The position numbers and the translations under genes are program-made. The notes under the pieces were generated by a model. It was not told where the DNA came from and ran no database searches. It worked only from the letters and a program-made list of their open reading frames with translations. A stretch of 62,085 nucleotides of DNA, filler included, from Globobulimina sp. (lineage: Eukaryota): assembly GCA_003354225.1 (NCBI GenBank). It is 31 parts of 31 records of this genome, joined end to end, with 100 filler letters (N's around TTAATTAATTAA, not from the genome) between each part and the next. Parts side by side here need not be neighbours in the genome. Positions count along the whole stretch, not along the records: positions 38,125 to 40,030 come from PIVH01010717.1; positions 40,131 to 42,036 come from PIVH01010718.1; positions 42,137 to 44,042 come from PIVH01010719.1; positions 44,143 to 46,047 come from PIVH01010720.1; positions 46,148 to 48,052 come from PIVH01010721.1; positions 48,153 to 50,057 come from PIVH01010722.1; positions 50,158 to 52,062 come from PIVH01010723.1; 24 more parts are not named here. The stretch is one strand, 5' to 3'. Positions 38,025 to 50,553 of the stretch are shown here, piece after piece (position 1 is the stretch's first letter; each line of letters starts with the position of its first letter).

Positions 38025-38883
38025 NNNNNNNNNNNNNNNNNNNNNNNNNNNNNNNNNNNNNNNNNNNNTTAATTAATTAANNNNNNNNNNNNNNNNNNNN
38101 NNNNNNNNNNNNNNNNNNNNNNNNACAAAACTAAAGGTAAATATGGCACTAAGGTTTTCATATTTTAGCTAACCAATGTCATTGCAACAAAACATTGATA
38201 TAACTCTCCAACGCTGCTCAGTCCAATGTCGTCCCCCGTTTCCTCATCAATTTCTCCATAGTTCGTACCGAAGCTGAGTACCAAACTATACATTTTTATG
38301 AAATCAATAACCATAATGCACGTAATTGATATAATTTGCCATAATATGAGTATCGTTTGAAATATTAAAAAACTCCTACTTTGCGATATTAATTTTAATT
38401 TTGTCCAAATAGATCCGCTATTGGACTGTTCAAATGGATTAGTATTGATAGGTCTGTTATTTTCAAATGTTAATAATTGATAATTATTGTCATTTTCCAT
38501 ATCATTGTCCATCGCCACAGTATCATTCGTGATGTTTAAACTGGGTATTAACTATTAACTGTTGCATATTTGATACAAACTTAGTCCATGGCAATTTTAT
38601 GGGTTTATTGACACCATTGAATATTGTGATCATTGTTATAAAGATTTGTATGACAATACTAATTGCAATTAAACTCAGTGGTTTTAATTCGTTCACATCA
38701 ATGCATTCTTTTTCGACATACCACGAAGACATGCTAGTTAATCTCAAGTAAAATTTGAAAAATAACATTTCGAATATCAGTTACTGTAAAAGGAAACAAT
38801 TCTTCGTTTCAAAACCGAGGGTGCCAGAATTATACATCACGTAATATACATTAATTAACGTTTACACACAAAAACAAACGTTA

Positions 38884-40030
38884 TTAAACAAACACCTTAA
38901 AAAAGGTGACAACGCTGGAAAACAAAAACACAGCAATTGCCTTTGCAAGAACAGAATTTAATTTTATTTTGAACAAACGCGGATAAATATCTTTTTTATT
39001 AACAATAAAGATCATATCATCTAAAAATCCAAAATTATACGTATACCAATTTGTAGTATCTATTCTCCCCAAAACATCATTCTTTTTATCCATTCCAATC
39101 ACTGCTTCATTTTTCTTAATCAATGGAATTGCTTCATTTTCTTCATAACCATCATTATCAGGTTCAACATCCACCTCTTCCTCTTCCTTCTCCTCCTCTT
39201 GAATCTCAATCGTCTCATCCTTTTGTTCCCTGCCATGGCTTCTTTCCACTTTCGACAATGATGTCTGTGGATACATGGCATGAATACCAAACGCTGCTTC
39301 TTTAACATTGCTAGTTTCGAGCCCAATATTCTCCGCAACATTGCATCTCATCCACAACTTTTGTTCGCCCAATAACCTCTCTTGTGTCTCTTGCAAACTT
39401 TGAAACTGATAGCCAGTGATTGCGATGCGGATCAACGACAACAAGCAAATCACCATCAACACCACACAGCCATTGAATAGTATCGATTGTATCGCATTGC
39501 CCGCAATAAAATAGACTCGATATAAAATAAAAACTGATAACAACAACGTGGCAATAATCAAAAACAACGTCGGTAACTCCTGCTCACCAAACAATAATTT
39601 CCCCTCAATGGCTAAAAATGAGCGTATTTCCAACCAGCCCAAGGCGTTGGATCTGCGCGTCAACGACAAAAATAAATGTTTACTGAAATCTCGACCAAAT
39701 TTATGCGGGGTCAAATTGTGCGCTTTTTCCATTGCTATCATCTCCATCATTTCTTGTGTGTTTTTCCGCATCGTTTGTTTACGTCTCCCCGCCGCATCAT
39801 ATGCATCCAATTGTTGTTTGGCTAAAAGTAGCGTTAAGTCGCTCATCCACTCCCTATAATTGTCGAAGTGTTTGCTGTATTGCACCTCGATCGCAAATAT
39901 GAAGATTCCAACCAATAAGAAATTAACCAAGAATGCGCCCACTTGAATAACCCAATTCTCCTCGGTCCAAAACAACTGGCGAAAGGTGCTGCACCGACTA
40001 ATATGGTACCGCTGCCTTTTTCGATCGGCT
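38884..40030 (-). CDS. Multi-TM membrane protein, same family as 56173-56835 (5' partial)
   Basis: Several TM helices; shared W..xR..L...G motif and terminal (K/R)L(F/I)xIK(L/V)(N/D) before the last helix. Confidence 0.65.
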
Positions 40031-40130
40031 NNNNNNNNNNNNNNNNNNNNNNNNNNNNNNNNNNNNNNNNNNNNTTAATTAATTAANNNNNNNNNNNNNN
40101 NNNNNNNNNNNNNNNNNNNNNNNNNNNNNN

Positions 40131-41393
40131 TCGATGGTATCAATGCCTTTGGATGCCGATGCCGATGATGTACAAAATGCGTCCACTCGCGCACTTAATG
40201 ATGTTTTACATGCTAAGGTTCTGGCAATTTTTGCTTTATTTCCTTGCGAGGCATGATTAACAAACGAAGCATGATAAATTAATCCATATTTTGGTGTATC
40301 AGATTTTGTTTTAAGCGCTCGAAATAAGGCCTTTTCCGCCCCTAATATTTGTACCGTAGATGCTGGATATTTTGCTAAATTAATCAATGAGCCGGCATGC
40401 GATAACAAGCGCGCACCGACCAACTCGCCAACCATTAGGGTTAGATTGGGTGCAATGGCCATCATCCTTTTCCTCAAATAATCGTACAATTCATCTCTGT
40501 ATTCGCTTAGTTCCAAGACTTGAGTGGATAGCGATTGAATGTTATTTAAATCGGACTGAGTGATATCTGAACCCATTGAGATCTTACTCATGTTTTTTAA
40601 GTTCGTCTCCATATCCTTTTCAATAATGGAGGAGAGGTCACATTGAGGCTCCATTAGCTGCGCCCGAAAGCCCACATGATTTATTATGCGACAGTATAAG
40701 ATGTTGTCATTCACTATTTTGCTCATTTCGGGGAAGTGCCATCCATACCACTCCTTGCAGCGCATCGCATAAATATTGATCTCTTTATCCAACTCATCCA
40801 ATAATGAGATCGCTTGAATGATCATTGTGTCCACCTTTTCCGCACTGAATTGGATTTTATGCCGAGACAAAACATGACTTAATCCTAAATTCATTGCATT
40901 GCATTTAATCAAATCTAAATCACTTATTTCAGATATCCACTCTAAAAAATATTCTCTCAATCCGCGATGCAATTCGATCATACTCGAATCACTAAAAATA
41001 TTTAATGAGTCGTATTTGTTGCGGATTAATGTGCCAATCTTCACATCGATGACACCAATCGAATCATTTAATTTCTTTTTTATAACATTCTTTTTAATTA
41101 ATTTTGATAACGATTTGTGTAATTTGTCACCTTAATTATAGTATTAATGATTAATCAGCAAAATAAATAAAAATAAAAATAAAATAAATACCTTCACCAA
41201 TACATTTTGCAGCAGTCCGTGCTTCATCCATATCTTTAAATGGTTGAAAAGCATGAAGTTGAATGAATTTTGACCTTTTCGATTGGGTTTCAAATTCTTT
41301 ATAAATATTTTTAACATTGGATTTTTTCAGCTTATCTTCGTCTAAAATGCGAAATAATGAGAAACCAACAGATGATTCAAAAAGGATTAACAT
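40131..41393 (-). CDS. NOP58: Nucleolar protein 58 (box C/D snoRNP), intron 41131-41191, 3' partial
   Basis: MLILFES..GF.LF..LDE, LGLSH.LSR, KVDTMIIQAISLLDELDKEIN.YAMR.KEWYGWHFPE, ISMG, IAPNLT..VGELVGARL, KYPASTVQILGAEKALFRALKTK..TPKYG. Confidence 0.93.
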
Positions 41394-41474
41394 AATTCGT
41401 TTCTGGAAACGAGACAATTAGCAATTATGGAGTGTTCAAACAAGACTAAGATTAAAAAACCTTACTTGGTTTCT

Positions 41475-42036
41475 TTAATCAATATTTATAATGTCTTCAT
41501 TATTATTAACTAACTCATCCGCTTCTTTTTCAATCGCATATAAATCCGCAGCATCATCACTGTCACTATCAAACAAAGAACTTGTTTGCAATTGTTTTTT
41601 TTGCGTTTTTCCCTTTTTCTTTGTTTTAGAACTTTTCTTAAATCCAAATATATCATCATCATCATCGTCATCGTCATCACCAAAAATATCTGTTAAATCT
41701 GAAAAAAAACCAGATTTCTTTTTCTTTTTCTTTTCCTGTACTTGTTTTTCCTCTTTTTCTTCCTTTGTAATATTTGTAGCTAACAATGGATCATTATTAA
41801 CATGCACTGATTCCATATTTCTATTTTCTATTTTTCCAAATGTATTTGTGTTTGCTTCTTTTTCTTTTTTTGGTGTGTCAGACTCAGCTGTTTCAAATAA
41901 AGACTCTTTATCTCCAAATAGCGCATCTCCAATATTCTCATTATTGTTATTATTGTTCACATAAACAATATCATCAAATATCCCCTTCACAGACTTGGCC
42001 TCTTCCTCGCTTTCTGTGTTTGTGTTTGTGTCTATG
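41475..42036 (-). CDS. Acidic low-complexity C-terminus with LF/IF-acidic motifs (FAM21/WASHC2-like tail)
   Basis: ALFGDKESLF, DIFGDDDDDDDDDIFG, SLFDSDSDD. Confidence 0.4.
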
Positions 42037-42445
42037 NNNNNNNNNNNNNNNNNNNNNNNNNNNNNNNNNNNNNNNNNNNNTTAATTAATTAANNNNNNNN
42101 NNNNNNNNNNNNNNNNNNNNNNNNNNNNNNNNNNNNTTGTATTGATTGTTGTATTGCTTACTGTATTGCTTATTGTGTTGCTTAAAATTGTATTGATTAT
42201 TATATGTACGATTGCTATTGTTGGCCATCGGTCCACTTGGCGTGGAAGTGTTTATTGGGTCTTCGGAGACCTGTTTTTCCTCATCGTCATGTTCATCAAA
42301 ATCCTGTTCATCCGCCATTATCGACAACTGGCAAACTGGCAAACTGGCAAACTGGCAAACATTTGTAGAAAACGTTGCTGAAATCTAGGATAGGCTCTAT
42401 ACAATACAAATTAGATCAAAACAAAGCAAAAATGTGATAGTTTAT

Positions 42446-43492
42446 TCATTTTGATGTGAGTTTTTGAAACCAGCATTCGTAAATACTTTGTATCACAACA
42501 AATTGCACATTTCTTCCAGTTTGAGCTGATATTTCAAAATATGGAATTTCATATTCGTTTGCAAGATGCATAACGTCTGCTGATGCCACCAAATATTTCG
42601 GATTAAGTTGATAAAAACGTTCGTTTCTCATTTCAGATTTTAATCCAACAATCACTTTTAACGCAGTTTGAAAATTATTTTTTTTAAATAAAAGATTTTG
42701 CAAATATTGGAAGGATTTTTTATCATTGACCGCAAAACAAATAAATACGACATCAATATTCTTATAATCAATATTTTCAATATCAGCAATACGGACAAAT
42801 ATTTTTGAAATATCAACATTTAATCTTTTTAAATCCACTTCCTTTTCAGTTTCATAATCATATCCAAAATCATTTTCAATCACTGCAAATCGTTCCGATT
42901 CATCCAAAATAACCTCTTTTTCATAAAAATCTTTACTGTTTGAACCAAAAAATGATTGCGTGAATTCGTTTTGTTCCCATCTGAAACCAAATGATGATTT
43001 TCCAATTTTACCGCTTCCAATCATTGCCATACTTAAAATTGGTGCTAATGTTTTATAATAATTCTTAAAAATTGCTATTTTTGACTGTAAAAAATATGGA
43101 CAGATTGGTTGAAATATACATTCCCCATTCTTTGTTTTAATATTTTTTGCATGGCATATGGCATGATATGATGATGAATATTTATCGCTGTGGTTTAAAA
43201 ACGAAAGAATTTTTTTTGAAACAATACTATTAACATATTTTTGCAATGTTTTTATAATCATTTGTTGTTGATTGGAATCTACAGAATATAGAGGTTCATA
43301 GCACAAATCGTCATATTTCAATGTATCCTCAATTGTTGATTCTTTACATCCATATGAACATTTATGTGTGTTTGCAATATGCAATATCGATTCTGATGTA
43401 ATATATTTCAACTTAATTTGTGATCGTGATTGTTTTTCTTGAGTTTGTTTGGCTTTAATTACAAAGTGTTCCTTGCCATTGCTTTGGCCCAT
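42446..43492 (-). CDS. Atypical Ras/Rho-like GTPase with N-terminal extension
   Basis: MGQ start; G1 GSGKIGKSS; ICFAVNDKKSF; G4 GLKSE; G5 EISAQ. No DxxG and no CAAX. Confidence 0.72.
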   Translation of the reverse strand: MGQSNGKEHFVIKAKQTQEKQSRSQIKLKYITSESILHIANTHKCSYGCKESTIEDTLKYDDLCYEPLYSVDSNQQQMIIKTLQKYVNSIVSKKILSFLNHSDKYSSSYHAICHAKNIKTKNGECIFQPICPYFLQSKIAIFKNYYKTLAPILSMAMIGSGKIGKSSFGFRWEQNEFTQSFFGSNSKDFYEKEVILDESERFAVIENDFGYDYETEKEVDLKRLNVDISKIFVRIADIENIDYKNIDVVFICFAVNDKKSFQYLQNLLFKKNNFQTALKVIVGLKSEMRNERFYQLNPKYLVASADVMHLANEYEIPYFEISAQTGRNVQFVVIQSIYECWFQKLTSK

Positions 43493-43743
43493 GGTGTACG
43501 TGTCGTATTTTTGTCAAAAAATAAAAATGGAAAACTACAAAATTCCCAACTCACAGATTGCTTGAACAACCATGAGATGGTTAAAAAGACATAAAAAATC
43601 TATATTAAGACTAAAACATACAGTGAATCAACACTGAATTATGAAATTATGAAAGTGTATTTATTATACAACGATTTTATTTTTAGACTCATACCTTACT
43701 TTTGGGCATCCTTACATTGAATTCAGCACTTCAGCAACTCAGC

Positions 43744-44042
43744 ATGCCTTCCAACATTATAACAATGTTAATATTATTATTTGTCCAATGTAGAAGTATC
43801 AGACGTTTACTTGCTGATATAAAGCCAACTGAATCCACTCAATCCAGCAGTGGACACATTAGCGGTCATTACTGGGCAGAAGCGAGTAATCCTGGTTCCA
43901 ATTCTTATCAACAGGACAGATATCATGCCACCGCAATCCCAGATTCTGACGGTACTCTTGCAATGTTTTATGCATGTTATGATGGGCATGGCACTGAACG
44001 TATTGCAGAAAAGGCAAAAAATGAGTTACCAAATTTTATTGC
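43744..44042 (+). CDS. PP2C-family phosphatase N-terminus with signal-peptide-like leader (3' partial)
   Basis: G...YQQDR (motif 1) and FYACYDGHG (motif 2). Leader MPSNIITMLILLFVQCRS followed by IRRLL. Confidence 0.72.
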
Positions 44043-44142
44043 NNNNNNNNNNNNNNNNNNNNNNNNNNNNNNNNNNNNNNNNNNNNTTAATTAATTAANN
44101 NNNNNNNNNNNNNNNNNNNNNNNNNNNNNNNNNNNNNNNNNN

Positions 44143-46047
44143 GCAACAATAATAATAATAATAAATACAATGATAGCCCTCTTATTTGCAAACTAAATCA
44201 AAGTCAATCTACCACGCAAACAGAAGAAGAATTTGAATCACAATCAGAAATAGAATATTTAAGTGATGAAGATTCAAACGATGATGATGATGAGTACAAC
44301 GACAATGAACCTGTTGATATAAACAATAACTTTTCATTCAAAACGCCATCAAAAACACATGATAATAACGAGAACAGTGGCTATATTGGCAAATATAATA
44401 TCCCTTTTCCATCGCAAGTATCTCGTTTTATTTTGTGGCATTTATTAAACGCATTAATAATACAAAAACAGGACGTTTGTGATAAAAGTAAGCAGACTTT
44501 TCATATTAATAAACAACGCAGCTTAGAAATTAAAACCGAAGAAGATGAATATTATGATGGGAGTCACGATGATGATGAAAAATTAATGATTCATTCCAAA
44601 ATAATCTCAGTACAATCCAATACTGATAATAATAAGATTGATTATGATGATTTAAATATAATTCCTGGAACAATTGAACCACATAAAACAAAAAAATCTT
44701 GTTTAATTATTGCTGATTGGAGTGAATATGTTGATACTTTTGAGAGTGCGTATTGCGATTTATTTGGTTTAAATGCATATATTATTTGGGTGTTTATGGC
44801 TAAACTATGCATTGATATTAGTTTACAGCATATTGATTTTGACTGTGATGGTATATCCATGCTAGAGAGCTTAATGACTGTTCCATCGCAAACCAGTGAA
44901 ACCACACCGGTACCGATTCATGATACATACGTGTTTAATGTAAAAAGAACATCCATTTCTGAAGCATCAGTCATTACAAACAGCACTACCAATGATTATG
45001 ATGAAAATGTTGGTGATGATGCTCTTAATATGAGCCATCAAATAAGTTTAAAACCAAAAAGATCCACAAAATATCATATAAATAAAAAATGGGGAAAGTT
45101 AAAAAAAAAAATTTCATCATTAACCGATGAAAATAATTCAACTGTTAATGATGGCGAAAAAATAAACAAATTTAAAGTAAAAAAATTCGCCCGCCGCTTT
45201 TCTATGACAAAGTTAGACAAAAATAAACAAACACATTCAAACGGAGATACTCGGCCATATATTGACAAAAAGCTAGAAATATCAAATGGAAATACTGAAT
45301 CAATGAAAAATATATTCATAAAAACATGGTTGTCAATATATGACTCATTAAAAGAGAATAATTATCCAAATATCAGTGATTTAAAGGATTTGGATTCCGT
45401 AATAAGTGACAGAATCATAAGATGGATATTAAGTAATTTGCAAAATTGGTTATTTAGTTATCAATCATATCCGATCTCAATATCCAAAGATTATTTCCAT
45501 TTATTTATTTCTGCGCAGTCTATCATTAATTCCTCAATTATTGACTGTGTCCATTGCATTGAAAATATTTTTATTAATGCCGCACATATTAAATATGATG
45601 CTATCTACGACTCAATCATTGATATTAAATATAAATCGAAAAGTAATAATAATAAACTTGAGAATGATAATATTTTAAATGTAAATGAATGGGAAATGTT
45701 TGTGGATGCATTAATAAATTGGATGGATATCGAAAGTAATAATAATGAGTCAGTATTTGAGCAATACCACATTCATCCCAGAATTGGACAATTTATACTA
45801 TTTACATTGTGTTCTCGATTCACAAACGATTTCAAACATTATATATTTCATACGGATCCGTTCAAATTAGCATTGCGAAGACAGTCTGTATACACCGGCA
45901 ACGAAGAGACATTTATTTGCGGTGACGATAAATCAATGGAACAATATCAATTCATCACTAATTTTATAGACGCGAAACTAATTAAATTATGTGGTATGGC
46001 TCGCAAGTTTGAAAATAATATGATATTAAATAAGAATTTATTATTTC
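44143..46047 (+). CDS. Large hypothetical protein (internal fragment)
   Basis: Long open frame (>550 aa); no recognised motif. Confidence 0.55.
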
Positions 46048-46147
46048 NNNNNNNNNNNNNNNNNNNNNNNNNNNNNNNNNNNNNNNNNNNNTTAATTAAT
46101 TAANNNNNNNNNNNNNNNNNNNNNNNNNNNNNNNNNNNNNNNNNNNN

Positions 46148-47340
46148 AATCCAAAGAAGAGAAGGAAGAGAAGGAAGAGAAGAAAACATTAATCGACAAA
46201 AAGACAACCAAAATCCGTAAACCATTTGGTGGATCTCTTGCGATGGACAATTTAAATTTAACCTTCGGCGGCCAAGGGACAAACGTCAGTTCATTGTTAG
46301 CCGATGATCGCACCTATGGACTCCGTTTTGCAGAGCTGTATCAGAAATCTGAGAATCCAAATTCATTTTCCAAAACTGGCATTAATGCCACAGAAACAGC
46401 AGACATTAATGAAAATGACTGTTTATTTTGGCAATTCTTGCATATCAGAGGCACATTTGAAGAATTCATGGAAATGGAACAGTTCCCATTCGATAAACAG
46501 TTCCTGAACATTCCTTTCAAATATCGTTCGATGCAATATGGCGCCGTTGATGATATGACCGAATTGGGGGTCAAAAATGTGAAAATGTACCCTTTGGATA
46601 AGAAATGTAAATGCATGGAATTATTCCGCTGTAAATTGTTGGATTCAGTGTACACCGCGGAATGGGATTTGTTGACTCCGTTTGTAGTACTGTCAGGGAT
46701 CACCAATACCTCAGCGTACGATTTTGCCCTGATTAAAATGAGAGTGATCAGGAAACCTATGCATTATCTGTGGTTCTCTTTGTATCCCATCTTTTTAATC
46801 ACTTCGTGCATATTTTCCATCTTTTTTTTGAGTGACTCGGAGATATCAGCCGTCGATGAGATTAATAATAAGTTATCAGTTGTGTTGGGTTTGTTATTGA
46901 CCGTTATTGCATCGCAGGTGGCGGCCACAGAGGGTATGCCCAAGCTACAAGTCACGACTATCGTGGATCGGTACATTGGAGTCAGCATTTGTTTGCAAGT
47001 GGCAATGATACCCTTCATTATTATCAGTGCAGTCTCGTTTGACGATGAAGAGAATGAGAACGCCGCGTTGCAGAAACGTACTTTCGATATGGTCTTCGGT
47101 GTGGTTTTCGCTGTGATATGGAGTATTACATCCTTTTTGTGCTTGGGTGGGTTAAGATATTTTAGCTGCACCTATGAAACGTGGAATCAGAGGTTTATCA
47201 CTGAAAACGAAGCCCAGGGCTCACTGACAAGCTTTAAGATTGCGACCAAAGCACATTTGGATTGTGGTGGGCATGAGGGTCAAGAAAAAACATGGCCTGA
47301 GGATGATGAGGATGAGGATGATGATATATTAAATATTTGA
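46148..47340 (+). CDS. Pentameric ligand-gated ion channel (Cys-less pLGIC) subunit, 5' partial
   Basis: FPFDKQ Pro-loop, EWDL, RVIRKPMHYL..LYP (pre-M1/M1), KLSVVLGLLLTVIA (M2), MPKL..TIVDRY (M2-M3), M4. Confidence 0.85.
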
Positions 47341-48816
47341 GTAAATGTTTATTCTCGCTATTATTATTATTAAATTTCCCCCTTTTTATGATCTGTACAT
47401 TATATATTTCTAAAATTACGTACTTATTTCCTTTAAGTAATTTGTAAATTATTTAAACCCTTTGTTTGTTTTTTCTTTTATGTTTGTAGGGTTTTGAATA
47501 TGGAGCAGTGTTACCTGCCCTTTAATCTTAAATTATGATTCTTTTGTTTGAGTATGCTCTGATGGCATATTTACTGTCCGTCTCCGAGAAACTCAATCTG
47601 AATAAAACGGACATTTCACCAAACTTAATGATGCAATTTATAAATTGTAAATATAGTCGTAATAATTTATTCTCACAAAAAGCAAAACGTACACAAAAAA
47701 AATAGTCAAATAAAAAACAAAAAGTGAAAATCAAAACCAATCAATCATTTGCTACCCTGACATATTAGCATTCCTTTGAATGTCTCTCTGAATCGCGTTC
47801 CACAAATCCTTTTCAGCCAAGCCTCGCATCAAACCCTGAAACTCTGCAATCAATTCCCTCTCATTCGCATTACTGTTACTATTACTCCCCTCATCGTTGG
47901 TATACTCGTGCTTTGAGCTCTGCCCTGTCCAACATATCCTTAAATTTCTCATTATCAAATGCCATTTTGGCACAGTTTATGCCATGCGAATTCTTACAAA
48001 TGCCTTGGACAAACTTATACAAAAAAGTGATCCTTTCATTGGCAGTGTCCTCNNNNNNNNNNNNNNNNNNNNNNNNNNNNNNNNNNNNNNNNNNNNTTAA
48101 TTAATTAANNNNNNNNNNNNNNNNNNNNNNNNNNNNNNNNNNNNNNNNNNNNTATCAGTGAAATTATCGAGCCCGGCAAAAGATATATTATTAAAAATGT
48201 ATTCGACGCGACGAAATCACATCGCGTAAGTCATGGACACTTAAGATATTTTTATAAGCCGCTATTCGAGGATCCAAGCAATATGTTGGACAGTAAATTG
48301 ATTCGCATCGATAATTTGGATAATAATAACAAAGAAGAAGCAAATTTAGAGGATCTATTAGAGAATGAGAAGTAATTAGCATTTACTTTATTTTTAGAAT
48401 ATACAATCTTTGAATTAATGTATTGTTTATAAAGTATACATTATTCAATCAATCACAAACAAATCATTTTATTTTTATATGTCGCATATTTTGTTTGTTG
48501 TGTCAGTTTGCGAAATTATGATACATAAATCCTGTTTGTTAAAGAGCTTTCTTTTGCAATGGAGGAATGTACTATAATCCTATATTACATTATGACCTGA
48601 CGTCACTTCGACTCAGTAACTTATTTAATTCAATTCAAAAACTTACTTCCCTCTTCTTCTTAAACTAAACAAGGACATAAGTTATTGGCGCTTCTTCCCG
48701 AAAGAAACGACCCTCAAACAACAGCCGACTAGAAGAATACCAATAGATTCGTGAATAAATAAATTCAGCGAATACATCGACGATAAGTATATTAATCAAA
48801 ATAATATACAGAAACG

Positions 48817-50057
48817 ATGACTTGGTTCAAAGTAAAAGCTGGTAATCAAACCAGAAGAATTAGATTCCGGCAGGAATCAATACAGAATTTTGAAGCATTT
48901 AAGAATCAAATTATTGAGAAATTTGATTTTGCCGTAGTCGTTCGCCTCGAATATTTAATGAATGGCGACGTAGATAAAATTATCATTGATAATGAAGAGG
49001 ATTTCCTTGAATTGATGCAAGATGCAGTTATTATTATTGATTGTTTTTTGGTGAATTACGAGGACGAAGAAAAAGTTGACGAACTGCCTCCTGCAGAACG
49101 TAGAAATGTCCCCAGAGATAATAATAACATGCAAAGGCAGATAAATAATGCTTTGGCCAAATTAGCAATCACAAATATCCCATTCAAATTCAATGGAATG
49201 AAGAGTGAAAACATTAATCATTTTGAAATCCGTATTAATAAATATTGTGAACATAATGAGATCGATGGGAATGTTTTATTAAAATTGATAATGAACGGCA
49301 AGGTATTAGGCGATGGGCCGTATAATTTTATTCAGTCAAATGATCTGAATTTTGATGAAGCCGATAACGTTGCTGATAAATTGAATTTAATTTGGAATGC
49401 ATTAAAGGATAAATATGGCAAATTAAATCAAGTTATAAATTATAAAAAAGCAATTCAATCATTGTCGCAAGGAACGAGTTCAACGAAATTAGATTGGGAT
49501 AAATTTAATGATTTATTACGCAAATTATCGTTGGAGATTAGGGTTCAGACAGAAAATGGGTTCATTTATCAGAATATTAGCAGCCACGAAGCGGCTGAAT
49601 ATTGCATTAAAGGATTAAATAAATCAATTCGTGTAAGAGTTATTGACAAAGCTCTGAATTTGCATGAAACTCCGGCTATAAATATGCCGCAATTAAAAAG
49701 TGTATTGACCAAATTTATCGAGCAGGAAAATTATTTAGATTCCGTATTAGGGCTGAAATCTTTAGAAATTTGCAGCATTGAAGAATTTAAAGCGAGACAG
49801 AATGATGAATTGGTTCAATTACGTGCAGAAATCAACCATTTGCATCATCGAATGAGAGGTAATAAGCATGGATTAACCGACAATTCGCGACAGAAAAAAG
49901 AGTATATTCCAAAATGTAAACATGGAAGAACGTGTCGCTATGGTTCAAAATGCAAATTTTGGCATAATGCCAAGGAAAAGGAATCATTTGCGAATCGCGC
50001 AAATGACAGCAATGGAGCACGAGGCAATAATCAATATGGAGCACGAGGCAATAATCA
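48817..50057 (+). mobile_element. Gag-like retroelement ORF with N-terminal PB1 domain and C-terminal CCCH zinc finger (3' partial)
   Basis: FKVK...TRRI...Y...DVDKIIIDNEEDF (PB1); KFNG.KSENINHF..., W.ALK.KYG, L.Q, GL...IR (capsid-like); CKHGRTCRYGSKCKFWH; intronless. Confidence 0.62.
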
Positions 50058-50553
50058 NNNNNNNNNNNNNNNNNNNNNNNNNNNNNNNNNNNNNNNNNNN
50101 NTTAATTAATTAANNNNNNNNNNNNNNNNNNNNNNNNNNNNNNNNNNNNNNNNNNNNACTTTCAATTTATCAAAAACATGAAATACCACCGCCATGCTTG
50201 AACTCAAAAATGCAGAAGATACACTAATTTGTAATGCACTGCCTTTCGCAGTCATATCATTGGCTAATTTGTGTTCAATATTGTGATATATTGAACATCC
50301 AATATATTTTGAAAGTATCCATCCATAAAAAAAAACACAAAATGCAGAACTCATTTGTCGATGAACTAAATAATATGTTGATCCCATGAGTAATGACGGA
50401 AATATACCCGCAACATAAAGATATTTTGTCCAATTCTTAGGTTCCCTCTGACCCATTGCAACAAACTAGTTTACTGCTTTGGATTAAGTCAGAAATTTCA
50501 GTGTTTTGAATGTTGTAAAGTAGTTATAATTTTATAATAAAAGTGGAGGCAAG

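Noticed and set aside
42326-42360. (ACTGGCAA)4 repeat upstream of a short ORF
   Set aside because: Simple microsatellite with no further support for function.
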